NCBI GenBank assembly: GCA_047967505.1
Contig: CM106538.1
Source of the DNA: Dipteris shenzhenensis
Taxonomy: Eukaryota
Direction: 5' to 3' (one strand)
Length of the DNA stretch: 64,000 nucleotides
Shown: in pieces, positions 39,597 to 51,958 of the stretch
Position numbering within the stretch: position 1 is the first letter of the stretch
How the letters are laid out: each line of letters begins with the position of its first letter
Made by a program: the position numbers and the translations under genes
The notes under the pieces: model-generated
The model's input: only the letters and a program-made list of their open reading frames with translations
What the model was told of the DNA's origin: nothing
Database searches by the model: none

Positions 39597-40474
39597 CACT
39601 ATAAGGCATAGGTCCTTTTCTGACGAAAATACTGACATTTTTTACACTAATTTTTTTTTAAAAACAGGCGCAAACATCATTATTAACGTCGTTATAAGCG
39701 TCGAAAAAGAACGGTCACTATAAAGCATCGCTATATAGCGACACTGATAAACATTGCTATATAGCGACACTAGTAAATGTCGCTATATAGCGACATTGGT
39801 AAACGTCGCTATATAGCGACGATTAATAGAACTTAAAAAAAGCATTAGTGGGGCTAAACAGGGCCATAGCAAGCCCTGTTTTGCCCCACTGATGTTTTTT
39901 TTTTTTGTAATTATAAAAAAAGTTTTTTATTACAAAATTTCCTTTGCGAAAAGGGTGATACAAAATCGCTTAAATGAAATGATCGAGCAACAAAAGCATA
40001 TACATGTCGAAGATATATAACATTGTTTGTTACAAAATTACCCTTTCGAAAAGGGTGATACAAAATCACTCAAATGAGCCGATATACAAAATGATATACA
40101 TGGCGAAGTATATGCAAACTACTACTACTACTACTCATTCGAATCATCGTCGTCCTCCTCCTCGCCCTCGTCTTGCTGGCCTGTGATCCTTGGTCCTCGT
40201 GAGCTGCGCCTGCTCCTTCACCCTCGTCAGGTGCACCTGATCCCTGGCCCTCATGATCGCTCGCCTCCGGTGATGGGATGCTCGAGCTTTGACCCTAAGA
40301 GTGAAACCATATTAATTGAAAATTAGATTGAAACTTAAAGAATAAAACAATTTAAAAAGTGAGATTACAAGTAGGAGTAGACTTATACTGTGTGAGCAAC
40401 CACCTCAACCCAATCGACAGTCACTCCCATTGCCTCTTTCTTAATAAACCATGGCTTTGTTCCTATGCAAAACG
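39597..40474. mobile_element. Left end of a second, truncated CACTA of the same family
   Basis: CACTATAAGGCATAGG start; colinear with 29704-30555 including the palindromic subterminal repeats. Confidence 0.92.
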
Positions 40475-43400
40475 CAGGGGTTCAAGGGCAAGAGCCCGAG
40501 GCGACAGTACAGGGAATATTCCTTGAATATTCCATGGACGACTAGTCGGTTCCACCAACTAGGTTGACTGCTGGTCGGCTCCACCGACTGGTCATCTGGT
40601 CGACTCCATCGACTACATTGATCCGACTACCGCCCTCATAGCTAAAAAGAAGCGACCTCCCCAGTCCATTGCATCAGATCAGTTCAAATCAGATCAGATC
40701 TTCAAGCTAGTAGCTCTTCACCTAGTATCTGTCTAGATCGCCATCTAAGCTCCACTGTGGGAGTGCACGGGTGGGATGGAGCCATCATCTGTACTACATT
40801 AGTATTGAAGAAAAAGTTTGTGGCCCTCGTCACCGCTCGCCTCCGGTGATGGGACGCTCGAGCTTCGACTCTAAGAGTGAAACCTGAAGGAGAGACAGCG
40901 GAGGCGTTCAAAACTCGAATCAAAAATCTATGTGACCAGATGGCTAGTGTTGCAATACAAAAGTCTAGCAAAGAGCTAGCTCGGCAGTGTCTCCGGATAT
41001 GTCCACCAAGGTTTGATGGACTAGTAACAATGCTTAACACTCAAGTGAGACCCCAACCATTGTCATTTGAGGAATTGTGTGCTTTACTTATGGAGGAGGA
41101 ATTGAGGCTTAAAGCTCGAGATGGGAGGCAGCAATGGGATGTTGCATTCTCTGCCACTGCGAAAGGCAAAGGTAATTCCTCCACCAAAGGTGAATCCTCT
41201 ACTAGTGGTGACAAAAAGAAGAAGGGCGGCAAGAAGAAGTTTCAGGGAGAATGCTTCTACTGTAAGAAGAAGGGCCATATAATTTCAGATTGCCGGGTCA
41301 AGAAAGAAAATGAAAAAATGGTACCCTGAAGAAGACAAATAAGGGGAAAGAGACAGCTAACATAGTAGAAGCAAAGTTGGATCTATTTTTGGGCATTGAG
41401 GAAGAGTGTTCATCAGTTCAAGAAGCTTCAACCACTAATTCATGGGTGTTGGATAGTGGTGCCTCCCGTCACATGACCTACAAGTAGGGTCTATATTGTT
41501 CCATGCAGCCTTTATAGGAACCCATCACCATGACGGTTGGTAATAATGCAAAATGCCCTATTGAGGATACAGGTACAGTTTCATTTATCTCTATAAATGG
41601 AGATGTTAAGAAACTATCTAATGTGCTATATGTTCCACAAATCAAGAGAAATTTGCTATCAATTGCTTCCATAGCTGACCTTGACCATGAGGTGAGGTTC
41701 AACAAGACAGGAGCAAAAATTCTGGATAGTGCGGGAAATATTGTTGGCACAGGAGTATGGAGGAACAACTTTTATGCGCTAAGTGCTCTTAAAGCCATCG
41801 CTGGAGTGGGCACAAGCAGACTTTGGCATGAAAGATTCGGCCACATCGGATTTGCAGTGCTGAAGGAGATGTAGAAGCAAGGTATGGTTGCTCACTTACC
41901 TGCAGTCGTAGAAATCAAAGAACCATGTGAAGCTTGCATGATGGGCAAGCAATAGAGAAACGCATTCCCACAAGAAAGCAAGAATAGAGCAAACGCTCCT
42001 CTAGAGTTGGTGCATGTTGACTTGTGCAGTAAGATGCCTACATAGGCCTTGGGAGGATCTTCCTATTTTTTATTGATTGTTGACGACTATAGTAGAAAGA
42101 TGTGGGTGTACTTTCTTCGCGAAAAGGCTCAAGCTTTTGGTAAATTTAAAGAATGGCTACAACTTGTTGAAAATGAAACAGGGAGAAAAGTGAAGAAAAT
42201 CAGATCGGATGGTGGTGGTGAGTTTGTTTCTACAGAGTTTGGTGATTTTTGCAAGAGCAAAGAAATCAAGCGACAAATGACAATACCACATACGCCTCAG
42301 TAAAATTCGGTTGTTGAATGCCGAATGCAGACCACCATGGAGATGGGGAGGTGTATGTTGAAAGGTGTTGGACTACCAAACCACTTTTGGGCTAAGACTG
42401 TCAATACTGTGGTTTACATCCTTGATCGCATCTATACAAAGGCACTCAAAGGTAAAACACCACATGAGGCTTACAGCGGTAAGAAGTCATCTGTCTCCCA
42501 CTTCAAAATGTTTGGGTGTGAATGCTATGCACATGTACCAGACAAAGAGAGAAACAAGCTCCAACCAAAAAGCACCAAATGTATCTTCTTAGGCTATTAT
42601 GATGAGAAGAAAGCCTATAAGTTGTATGACCAAGAGGCAAAGAAGATCATAGCGAGCCGCGATGTGGTGTTCAGGGAGCAGCCACATGCAGTGGAGGCAA
42701 AGAAGAGCTCTTCCACTTTATCATCAAGCGAAGAGGTAATTCACTATGGACCTATCCCAAGAGCTATAAAGGAGGAGGAAATATTAGATGATGAAGGTAT
42801 AGGTCACCAACCTGTTGTTACACCATCAGAAAAGCCATTGTCGTGATGGGTAAGGCAGCTCTATGACCATGATAATTAGATGCCTATGTCTGTTGACCAG
42901 CATATGCAGATGGACCAAGGTAGTCTCAGAGAATCGAGGAGCAAAGGAGGGCTTCTACTCACATAGTCAATATGGCCTTGATGGCTGAGATTATTGTAGA
43001 AGTAAAGGAGCCTATGAGTTTGGAGGAAGCACTTGCAGACTGAGATGGGAAAAACACTATGCAAGTAGAATATGACAACATCATGAAGAATGAAACTTGG
43101 GAGCTGGTAGTCAACCACCTAATAGAAAGGTTATTGGCACCAAGTGGGTTTGGAAGGTAAAGTACAAGGTCGATGGGACTTTAGAAAAGTACAAAGCCAG
43201 ATTGGTTGCACAAGGATTTTTGCAGGTTGAAGGGATTGATTTTCAGGAATCTTTTGCTCCAACTGCCAGAATGACCACTATTTGCACAGTACTATTGGAA
43301 GCTCCTCGTAAAAAGTGGCCAGTTTATCAAATGGATGTTAAATCAGCATTATTGAATGGTGACCTCAAGGAGGAGGTGCACGTGCATCAGCCACCTAGGT

Positions 43401-45186
43401 TTGAGGCCCCCCATTCTGAGAACAAGGTATGTAAGCTGAAGAAGGCTTTTTACGAGCTAAAACAGGCCCCAAGAGCATGGTACCAACAGATAGACAAATT
43501 CTTTCATAAATTAAACTTCAAAATATGTGCCTCAAATGCTAACTTGTATGTGTACAAGAAAGGTGGAAAATCTGCTATTACTGTTCTATGAAGATATGAT
43601 CCACTAGACAAGAAAGGAGTTGAGCACTAAGTCTAAGATGAGCACTTAGGCTTGATGCACTACTGTTTGGGGATTGAATTCTGGAAAGAGCTAGCCAAGA
43701 TCTCCATCTCTCAATAGACATATGCAAGGGAGATCTTGAAGGCATTTGGTATGTCCAAGTGCAAGGAGATATCTACACCTATAGAGGTAAATGTGAGGTT
43801 GTCTATGGAGGATGCCTCACCACCAGCAAACATTGGGAGGTACAGGAAGTTGGTCGGCAGTCTCATCTATCTGTGCAACACCAGACCGGACATCAGTTTT
43901 GCTATTGGCATTTTGAGTAGGTTCTCCAATAAGCCCCGGGAGAATCGTTGCAATGCAGGGATGCAGGTGCTCAGGTATTGAAGGGCACTCTTGATTATGG
44001 CATCACCTATGGTACAGGCACTTCCTTGGCTGATCATTGTGACTCAGATTGGGTTGGAGATGTTGATTCCAGGAAATCAGTTTCTGGTTATTGTTTCTCT
44101 TTAGGTTCAAGTATCTTCTCTTGGATCAGTAAGAAACACAACCAATAGTGGCATTGTCTTCTACCGAGGCTGAGTACAAGGCTGAGTACAAGGCAGCATG
44201 TTTTCATACATGTGAAGCAGTGTGGCTGAGCAGGATCTTATGGCACATGGGAGTGCAAGAGGATGACTTGAAATTGTGCTGAGGTGCGACAATCAAACTT
44301 GCATGGCCATTGCTAAAAATCTAGTGTTTCATGCGTGCATAAAACATATAGAGATTCACTATCACTATGTGCGTGATTTGATCGAGGACGAGATATTGGA
44401 ATTGGTCTACTATCCAACAGAGCAAAATGGAGTAGATATCTTCACCAAGGTACTCGGGATGGATCAGCTACAGGGTCATCTTCAGAGACTCGGCATTGGG
44501 CTGAGAAGGTACTTCACCTATGGGTGGACATTGAGGGGGGGTGTTATATATGCTCAATGCCCCACCCTCTTGGAAACCACCAGTGGTCCAAGGTGCTCAA
44601 GTTGTAAGGCCCCCATATGAGGAGAAGCCATGTGTGAGCCCGGGACACTGGATGGTGGCTCCTGACTTGCATGTCAGATGAGCTCTATTAATGAGACCGT
44701 CGATGGTAGAAAGGTGATTGTGTGGGAGCCCATTATTCTTGCTGGGGCCTGGGGGCTAGCGGCCCCCTTGGTGGGGGTTCAGGGGTGAGAGCCCAAGGTG
44801 ACGATATAGGGAATATTCCTTGAATTTTCCATGGACGACTAGTCGGTTCCACCGACTAGGTTGACTGGTCGGCTCCACCGACTAGGTCGACTAGTCGACT
44901 CCACTGACTACGTTGATCCGACTACTGCCCTCATAGCTATAAAGAGGCCACCTCCCCAATCCATTGCATCAAATCAGTTCAAATCAGATCAGATCTTCCA
45001 GCTAGTAGCTCTTCACCTAGTATCTATCTAGATCACCATCTAAGCTCCACTGTGGGATCGTACGAGTGGACGGAGACATCATCTGTACTACATCAGTATT
45101 GAAGGAAAGGTTTGTTCCTCTCTAGTTTGCTGTGTACTCTCTATTCTTTGTTCAGTTTTTGTTCCGTTGCGCCGTGTAATTAAACA
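40475..45186 (+). mobile_element. Ty1/Copia element D (B/E-related): partial 5' LTR 40475-40821, decayed gag-pol 40885-44520, 3' LTR 44542-~45186
   Basis: CFYCKKKGHIISDC, WHERFGH, IRSDGGGEF, TKWVWKVK, KHIEIHYHYV; PPT TTGAGGGGGGG; 40476-40821 homologous to 44773-45115. Confidence 0.92.
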
Positions 45187-45439
45187 AGTTCAACTCATAA
45201 AATTTTAGTGTACCACGTGCATTCAATAGGAGGGGTATATTAATTCAATGTTTTGGTAAAATTTAACAAGATGACAATAACAAGAGGGGTTTTATAATTA
45301 AACTTTAGGGAAAAATCACTTAATTCATAAGTAAATAGGCGTGTTTTTATTTGGGAAAAAATATTTTGTTGAGGTGTTTTTTAAATACCCTTTGAATGCA
45401 GGTGATACCTAAGCTTTCTTAGTAGTGCACCCACCAAGT

Positions 45440-48313
45440 AATTTAGCACATAGTGCTAGAGAAATACTTAGTGAGAAGCATCTTCTGAATTAGTATTGGG
45501 TAGAAGCAATAGTCAACTACTTGCTTAATTGGCTTCCAACCAAACTGATTTAGGGTATGACACCTTATGAAGCATTCATTGGAGACAAGCCATGCATTGG
45601 ACATCTATGCCTATTTGGTTGCATAGCATATTCCCACATACATGATGACCATCGCAAGAAGTTGGATGAGAAGTCACGTAAATGCATCAAGGTTGGCTAC
45701 AGTGATCCCATCAACCAAAAGGTAATTATCTCTATAGATGTAATCTTTGATTAGGAATCAGAATGGAAAACCTCAAATACACAGGTAATAGATGCAGTGT
45801 TTACTCAATCATCTACAAAAAGGTTTGATGAAGAAGAGTAATAATTGCCACAAGCAGCTCAAGAAGAGCCAAAGCAACTCAAAAAGTCTACTAGGGAAAG
45901 CAACCATCATGGATACAAAAGAGCCAGTGTACTTTGAAGACATATTTGACAAGCTAGAATCATAAATAGCTATGAATGAAGAAATGGAGGCTTTGTACAA
46001 GAATAATACTTGGGAATTATGCAACCTTCCACCTGGAAAGAAGTCCATAGTAAACAAATGGGTATACAAAGTGAAGTATAGTTTAGATGGAAGTATTGAA
46101 AGATACAAAGCCAGAGACTAGTTGCAAAAGTATTTGCACATCAATATGATCAAGACTATGATGAGACTTATGCTCCTGTAGCAAACATGGACTCCATACG
46201 GTTCTTGATATCACTAGCAGTACTCTCAGCAAATAGAAAGTGTACTAGCTCAATGTCAAGAATGCTTTTCTCAATGGTTACCTAGACAAGGAAGTTTACA
46301 TGCAACAACCAACAGGTTATGTTGAACTAGGAAGAGAGAATTAGATTTTCCATCTCAAGAGAAGTCTCTATGGCTTAAAGCAAGCACCCAAAAGTTGGTC
46401 CAATAGAATCATCAAGTATTTTGCTAATTTGGGGTACGTGCAATTTCAATGCAGATCATACTCTCTACTATAGAGTTCAAGGGGAAGACATTACTATTAC
46501 ACTTTTGTACATAGATTATCTGATAGTGATCAGAAGAAATGATAGCTTCATCAAAACATTGAAACAAGAATTATCTATAGAGTTTGACATGAAAGATCTT
46601 GGACTTCTGCACTATTGTCTTGGAATTGAGTTCTGGAGAGATTCTGGTAGCACCTTCATGAGTTAGCTGAAATATGTTGGCAGTCTCCTAAAGAAGTTTC
46701 ATATGGCAGATTGCGAGGTTGCATCCACTCCCTTAGAATAGAGTTTGAAACTTAAAAAATATTTAGAAAACCCTATTTTCAATGAAAGGTACTATTGGCA
46801 ACTCATCGGATCTCTTATATATCTAACTATCACATGGCCAGATATCTATTATGCAGTAAGTTAAGTTGCACAGTTTATGGCAAATCTAAAATAGTCTCAA
46901 TGAAATGCAGCCAAAAAGAGTCTTGAGATACATCAGATATACAAGGCAGTTTGGAATAAAATACAAAGGAATTCATCCAAGGTTGCATGGATACTATGAC
47001 AGTGACTATGCCAAAGATCTTGAGACCAGGAGATTCACGTAGGAATATGCATTTTTCCTTGGTCAAGGTGCTATATCATGGTTGGTAAACAAGCACCACT
47101 TGTTTCTTTTTCTTCATTTGAAGAAAAATATTGGGCACTCACTACAGGTGCATGTGAGGCTATATGTCTCAGAAGACTATTGTCAGAAACATATTACTTT
47201 GATGAATTAAAGCCAAAAACAATATACTATGATAATCAATCACCTCAAGCATTGGCCAAGAATCCAATACATGACTCCAAGACCAAGCACATTAATGTTA
47301 GAGAGCACTTCTTCAGAGAATGAGTGTTACTTGGTGACATCACACTGCATCATTGTGATAGCAAAGAGAATGTTGCACACATCTTTACCAAACAACTTGG
47401 CAAAGAGCTTTTTGACAAGCACTGACAAGCTCTTGGTTAGACTCAGAGGAAGTACATTCCCTTTAAAGGGGTGTGATGGAATATGGGGGATTTACTCTTA
47501 GTACTTGGGGGACGTCACCTGCATGTATGAACTTCAAGAAAATCCCCTATATACAGTCCATGTAGCATAACAAAATACCCCTATTTAAGCTTATAAGGAT
47601 ACCACCAAAATTGCACTATGCCCCTCCTTCCTTAAATCTATGTTCTTTCTCAATTATTTGGACCATCTTCAAATATTCACCAATGGGTATTATTTATTTG
47701 TTTCCTACCATGGCCTAAAATTAGCTATAGCTCAGGCTTAGTTCATGTGCAATTGGTACATGACTGATTGTCACTAGTCAAATGTGCATGTCTATGTACC
47801 TTTTATGTTTAGGGGGTAAAAACTTGTATTTCCCTATACCCCTCCCTCTTCTTCTCCAAAGATGTCAAGGCCCCCTAACTTAAATTTAAGATTGAGAAAA
47901 ATTTAAAAGGGCCCCCACCCCTAATGTATAAGCTTATGTCTCATCTCAAAAAAAACCCCTATTGTACACTCATGTGATATCATAAGTTTCCCCTTGTGAA
48001 TCCCTCGGGGATGGAATGTAATGCTTAGTTCTTTCATCATCTTGAGGGAAGGCCTACTTCATGATGTTTATCTTGAGGGATGGTGTTGAGAAACCATGCT
48101 CAACATAATGTGATCATATGTGCATAGCACTAACCCAATAGAGTGCTATAAAAGAAAGAGTTAGATGCCCTAACCCAAACCCTAAAAGGGTTTGTATATA
48201 TTCTAAATTTTCAACTAAATCTAGTGTACAGTTAGTCATTTGTGGTGTGCTCTCTAGCTGTGCCCTCTCTACTCGTCTCCACTCTTTCCCTCCCCCCTCT
48301 TCATATTTTGTTA
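45440..48313 (+). mobile_element. Copia family C copy C3 (integrase C-terminus, RT, RNase H, PPT, 3' LTR 48084-48313), heavily decayed
   Basis: Homologous to C1/C2 in coding region and LTR; TTGAGGGATGG before TGTTGAG. Confidence 0.9.
47485..48006. mobile_element. ~520-bp MITE-like insertion in the 3' UTR of C3
   Basis: Absent from C2; flanked by duplicated GATGGAAT; ends GGGGGATTTAC / GTGAATCCCTC are imperfect inverted repeats. Confidence 0.55.
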
Positions 48314-48464
48314 GGCATCGAGGGCAAATTTGGTAGAAATCGTCATTCGATGTTGGAGAAAGAGAGAGAGAAGAGTGAAACACAAAATTTCTCCCATAAG
48401 TAGTGAGTGTATCCATGCATCATAGACATATATATAGTTAAGAACTAGGTTGAGTTAGGGAGAA

Positions 48465-49019
48465 CTATAGATAGCTATAACAACATATTGTGATGAACCA
48501 TTCAAAAACTTCAACAAGACAAAAAATGAGACTTGTGTTATCCTGATACCTATCTCTTACTACCTTGAAACTAGTCACCATCTCAACCCGCTCTTGCTTT
48601 TTCCTTGGAAGAACCGTAGTTATGAAGTGTAGAATCAAATAAGATTTTATGGGTCTCATCTTTTCTGGCAATTCTCTATAAAGTTCTTGCGAGTTGCCCA
48701 CATGCTTTCCATATGTTACTCACTTTTATCAGCATCTCTGAAGTAGAGCTAGTATTTTGAAGAGCACCTTGATCATTGTTGAGTCTTTTAGACTCAATCA
48801 AATATATGTTCTCACTCTTGAAGATGCATATTATTGTAGAGTATTGGAATTGGGGTATCCTATAGAAGATATCCCTCATAAATCTTTTCTATTTGAGTGC
48901 CTCTCTGGCAAGTTCCTTGCAAGCATATGCACAGTGATGACCATCTATAGGATCAACTACACATTGGAGTAAGAAATCTCTCCTTACACTTTCAATATGG
49001 GCCCTTGTTCGCCAATATC
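48465..49019 (-). pseudogene. Exon of a ParB/Sulfiredoxin-like protein gene (left paralogue)
   Basis: Manual translation after a CCTAG acceptor: YWRTRAHIESVRRDFLLQCVVDPIDGHHCAYACKELAREALK*KRFMRDIFYRIPQFQYSTIICIFKSENIYLIESKRLNN. Confidence 0.55.
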
Positions 49020-49440
49020 TAGGGTTAAGGATTTAGGGCTTAGGATTTAAGATTTAGTGTTTAGGGTTTTGGGTTTATGATTATGGTTTTAGGGTTTAAG
49101 GCTAAGGATTTAGGATTTAGGGTTTAGGGTTTAAGATCTAGGGTTTAGGTTTTAGGGTTTAGGGTTAAGGATTTAGGATTTAGCATTTAGCGTTTAGGGT
49201 TTATGATTATTGTTTTAAGGTTTAGGTTTTAGGGTTTAGGGTTTAGGGTTTAGTATATAAGGTCATGAGCTTAGAGTGTAGAATCTAGGGTTTAGGATCT
49301 GGAAATTAGGTTTTAGAATTTAAGCTATAGGGGTTAGGGTTTAAGGTTTAGGGTTTAGGGAACTGTTAGATAAGTTTAAGAGCTTAGATTGTATAACCTA
49401 AGATTTAGGGAACTTCAGGATTTAAGATTTAGGGTGTAAG
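49020..49440 (+). repeat. Degenerate interstitial plant telomeric (TTTAGGG)n array
   Basis: Dozens of TTTAGGG/TTTAGGA/TTTAAGG units. Confidence 0.93.
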
Positions 49441-49692
49441 ATTTAAAGTATATAGACTATATAAAATATGCATTCCAAAAGATTTAGTTTAGATATATAT
49501 AGACTATATATTATATGCTTTCCAAAGTGTTTTGTTTATATCCAATACTAAGTATGATCCTTTGCAAAGGCTTTACTTTAAGTAATTATAAGTCTACCTA
49601 GTCAAAGTATCCTACTGATTAGGGACAAGCACATAGGCTAAAAGCACACCGATTCATATTTTCTTACATTCATGCTGCAAGGTGTATCAGAA

Positions 49693-49848
49693 GAAATGAA
49701 GAAGTATGTGATAAGAAATATTCAGAAGAAATATGTATTCCATATCATGGATTCATACCATGGATATCTAAGAAATGAAGAAGTATGTGATAAGAAATAT
49801 TCAGAAGAAATATGTATTCCATATCATGGACTCATACCATGGATATCT
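49693..49848. repeat. Two ~78-bp tandem copies
   Basis: GAAATGAAGAAGTATGTGATAAG...ACCATGGATATCT duplicated nearly perfectly. Confidence 0.9.
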
Positions 49849-51825
49849 GGTGGTTGCTAAAGTAGAAAAATGATATGGATTCAATGATATTGTAGTTTTG
49901 TGCAAAGCCTTAAACAAAGTTTAAGGCTTTTGCAAAGTATTACATACTCTAACAAAGATAAGCAAGTATGCTAAACCTCTTCCAGATTCTATGGTTTTAA
50001 ATACATACCTTACAAATACATTATCTAATTCTTTATATTTCGACTAACAAGTATTATACACATGGAAGAAAAGCATACATGCTTTTCTTCCATGTGTGTA
50101 AAATTTAATATTTCCTTATTTTTAAAATTGTTTCATTCTTTGATTGACTACTTTTTAAAATTTAAAGGTTATTACTATATATTATACATAATTTTAAATA
50201 TTATTAATGTATAATATTAATAATTTATATATTTTTATTTAAATTTATATAATAATTATATTATATTTATATTAGTTTTTAAGTTAATAATGTATATTTT
50301 TATTAAAACTAAAATTTAATATCTAATTAATAGCAAGAAGAATATTATAGAGATTTTTCATACTAAGAACTACCTTACAAATACATTTACTAATTCTTTA
50401 TTGTTTGAAGAATGAGAATTATATAAAGCACATATACTAGAAGACCTCCCTTTCAAAAATATTTTCATTATTATATTTTTTAAATTAATGTATTTATATA
50501 ATATTTATAGATTAACAATATATATTTTTAGCAAAATTCTATTTTAACATTAGTTAATAAAAGTTTATTATATTATGGAGTAAAAATATTATAAATGGAT
50601 TTCTCATATTAATAAAGTGTTGTGAGAAGAGTTTTTTGAGAGATTTATGGTTAAATTTTATTTTGAAGTTGTTGCATACGCAATAGGTAGGGAGGTTTGA
50701 GTGGTTTTGAGGTTGAGAGAGAAATTTGTAATAGATTGTTTTCTAATTTATTTTTTTGGAGAAATTATTATGTGCCCAATAGGTTGGGAGAGTTTCAATT
50801 TGAGAGAAATTTGTGACAATAGGTTGTGAGAGTTTAAGGTAAAGAGGGAAATTCGTGGGAAAAAAGATTTAATGCAAAAGATGGTTTTTTGAAGTTGTTG
50901 CATACACAATAGGTTTTTGAGAAAAGAATCAGATTTGAAAAAAAAGTCAATTTTACAAAAACTTGATTCTTATAAGTTATTGCATACGCAATAGGTTGGA
51001 AATGAACTCACCCCTTGCAACATTTTGAAAATTTTGAGAATCCTGCAACAGGTTGATGAGAGGAGAAAAGTATGTAGTGTGAAAGAATGAATTTTGAATG
51101 AAAGAGAGGATGAAGAACGTTCTACTTATAGTAAATCTAAAAGAACTAAAAGACCTAAAAAACTAAAAAAAGCTAACTTACCTAAAAAAGCTGACTTGAC
51201 CGAAAAGCTACCCATTTCCTATAAAACTCTACTTCTCCTCATTCTCTCTCTCACAACTTTCCCCGAGCTCCTCCACCACCTCCCCACCCAGGTACTCCTT
51301 CCCTCCCTTCCCCTCTCCTCCCTTCCCACCCTTCTCCCCTCCTCCTACTTCCCATCCCCTCTCCTCCTACTCCCCTCCCTTCCCCTCTCCTCCCGCTTCC
51401 CCCTCCCCTCTTCTCCTGCTTGCCCCCTTCAATTGCGAATCCTCTCCTTCCCTCCCTTTCCCCTTCGCTCCTTTTTTTTTTTGTCCTTTTTTTTTTGGAT
51501 GTGGGGAGGCGGGGAGCAGAGAGGCAAAGGGCATTTTTTTTATGGGGAGTGGGGAGGCGGGGACCGGTTTGGGGGAGGAGAGGCAGAGGCGAAGGCGGGG
51601 AGGCAGAGGAGAGGACAGAGGTGGGACACAGGAGGCATGAGGCGAAGGTGGGGAGAGGAAGGCGTGATGGGGGAGGCGAAGGCGAGGAGGGGGGATGCGA
51701 ATGCGGGGAGGCGGGAGGGGGGAAGCGAGAGGCGAAGGCGGGAAGGGGGGAGGCGAAGGTGGGGAGGTGAGAGGGACGAGGCGAGGAAGCGAGGAGGGGG
51801 GAGGCGGGGAGGAGAGGAGGGAGGA

Positions 51826-51958
51826 GAGGGGATTAACCCCCCCTAACCTGCTGCGCGCACAACAGGTTAGGGGGAGTTAATCCCCTCCCCTAAGGACCCA
51901 AGGGCCCCTGTCGCGCGTGCAACAGGGGGCCGTTCGGGCCTTAGGGGAGGGGATTAAC
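51826..51958. other. Two overlapping GC-rich inverted repeats
   Basis: 51826-51850 pairs with 51863-51887 (24/25); 51876-51895 pairs with 51939-51958 (20/20). Confidence 0.9.

Noticed and set aside
49020-49440. True chromosome end
   Set aside because: Short, degenerate and flanked by sequence on both sides.
49600-49995. Plus-strand peptide ending KPLPDS, as in the right ParB-like gene
   Set aside because: Only a six-residue match in a stop-ridden frame, on the opposite strand to the left gene; cannot be supported without a search.
51094-51880. 250-aa L/P/S- then G/R/E-rich ORF and overlapping ORFs
   Set aside because: Explained by pyrimidine and purine low-complexity tracts that lack stop codons.
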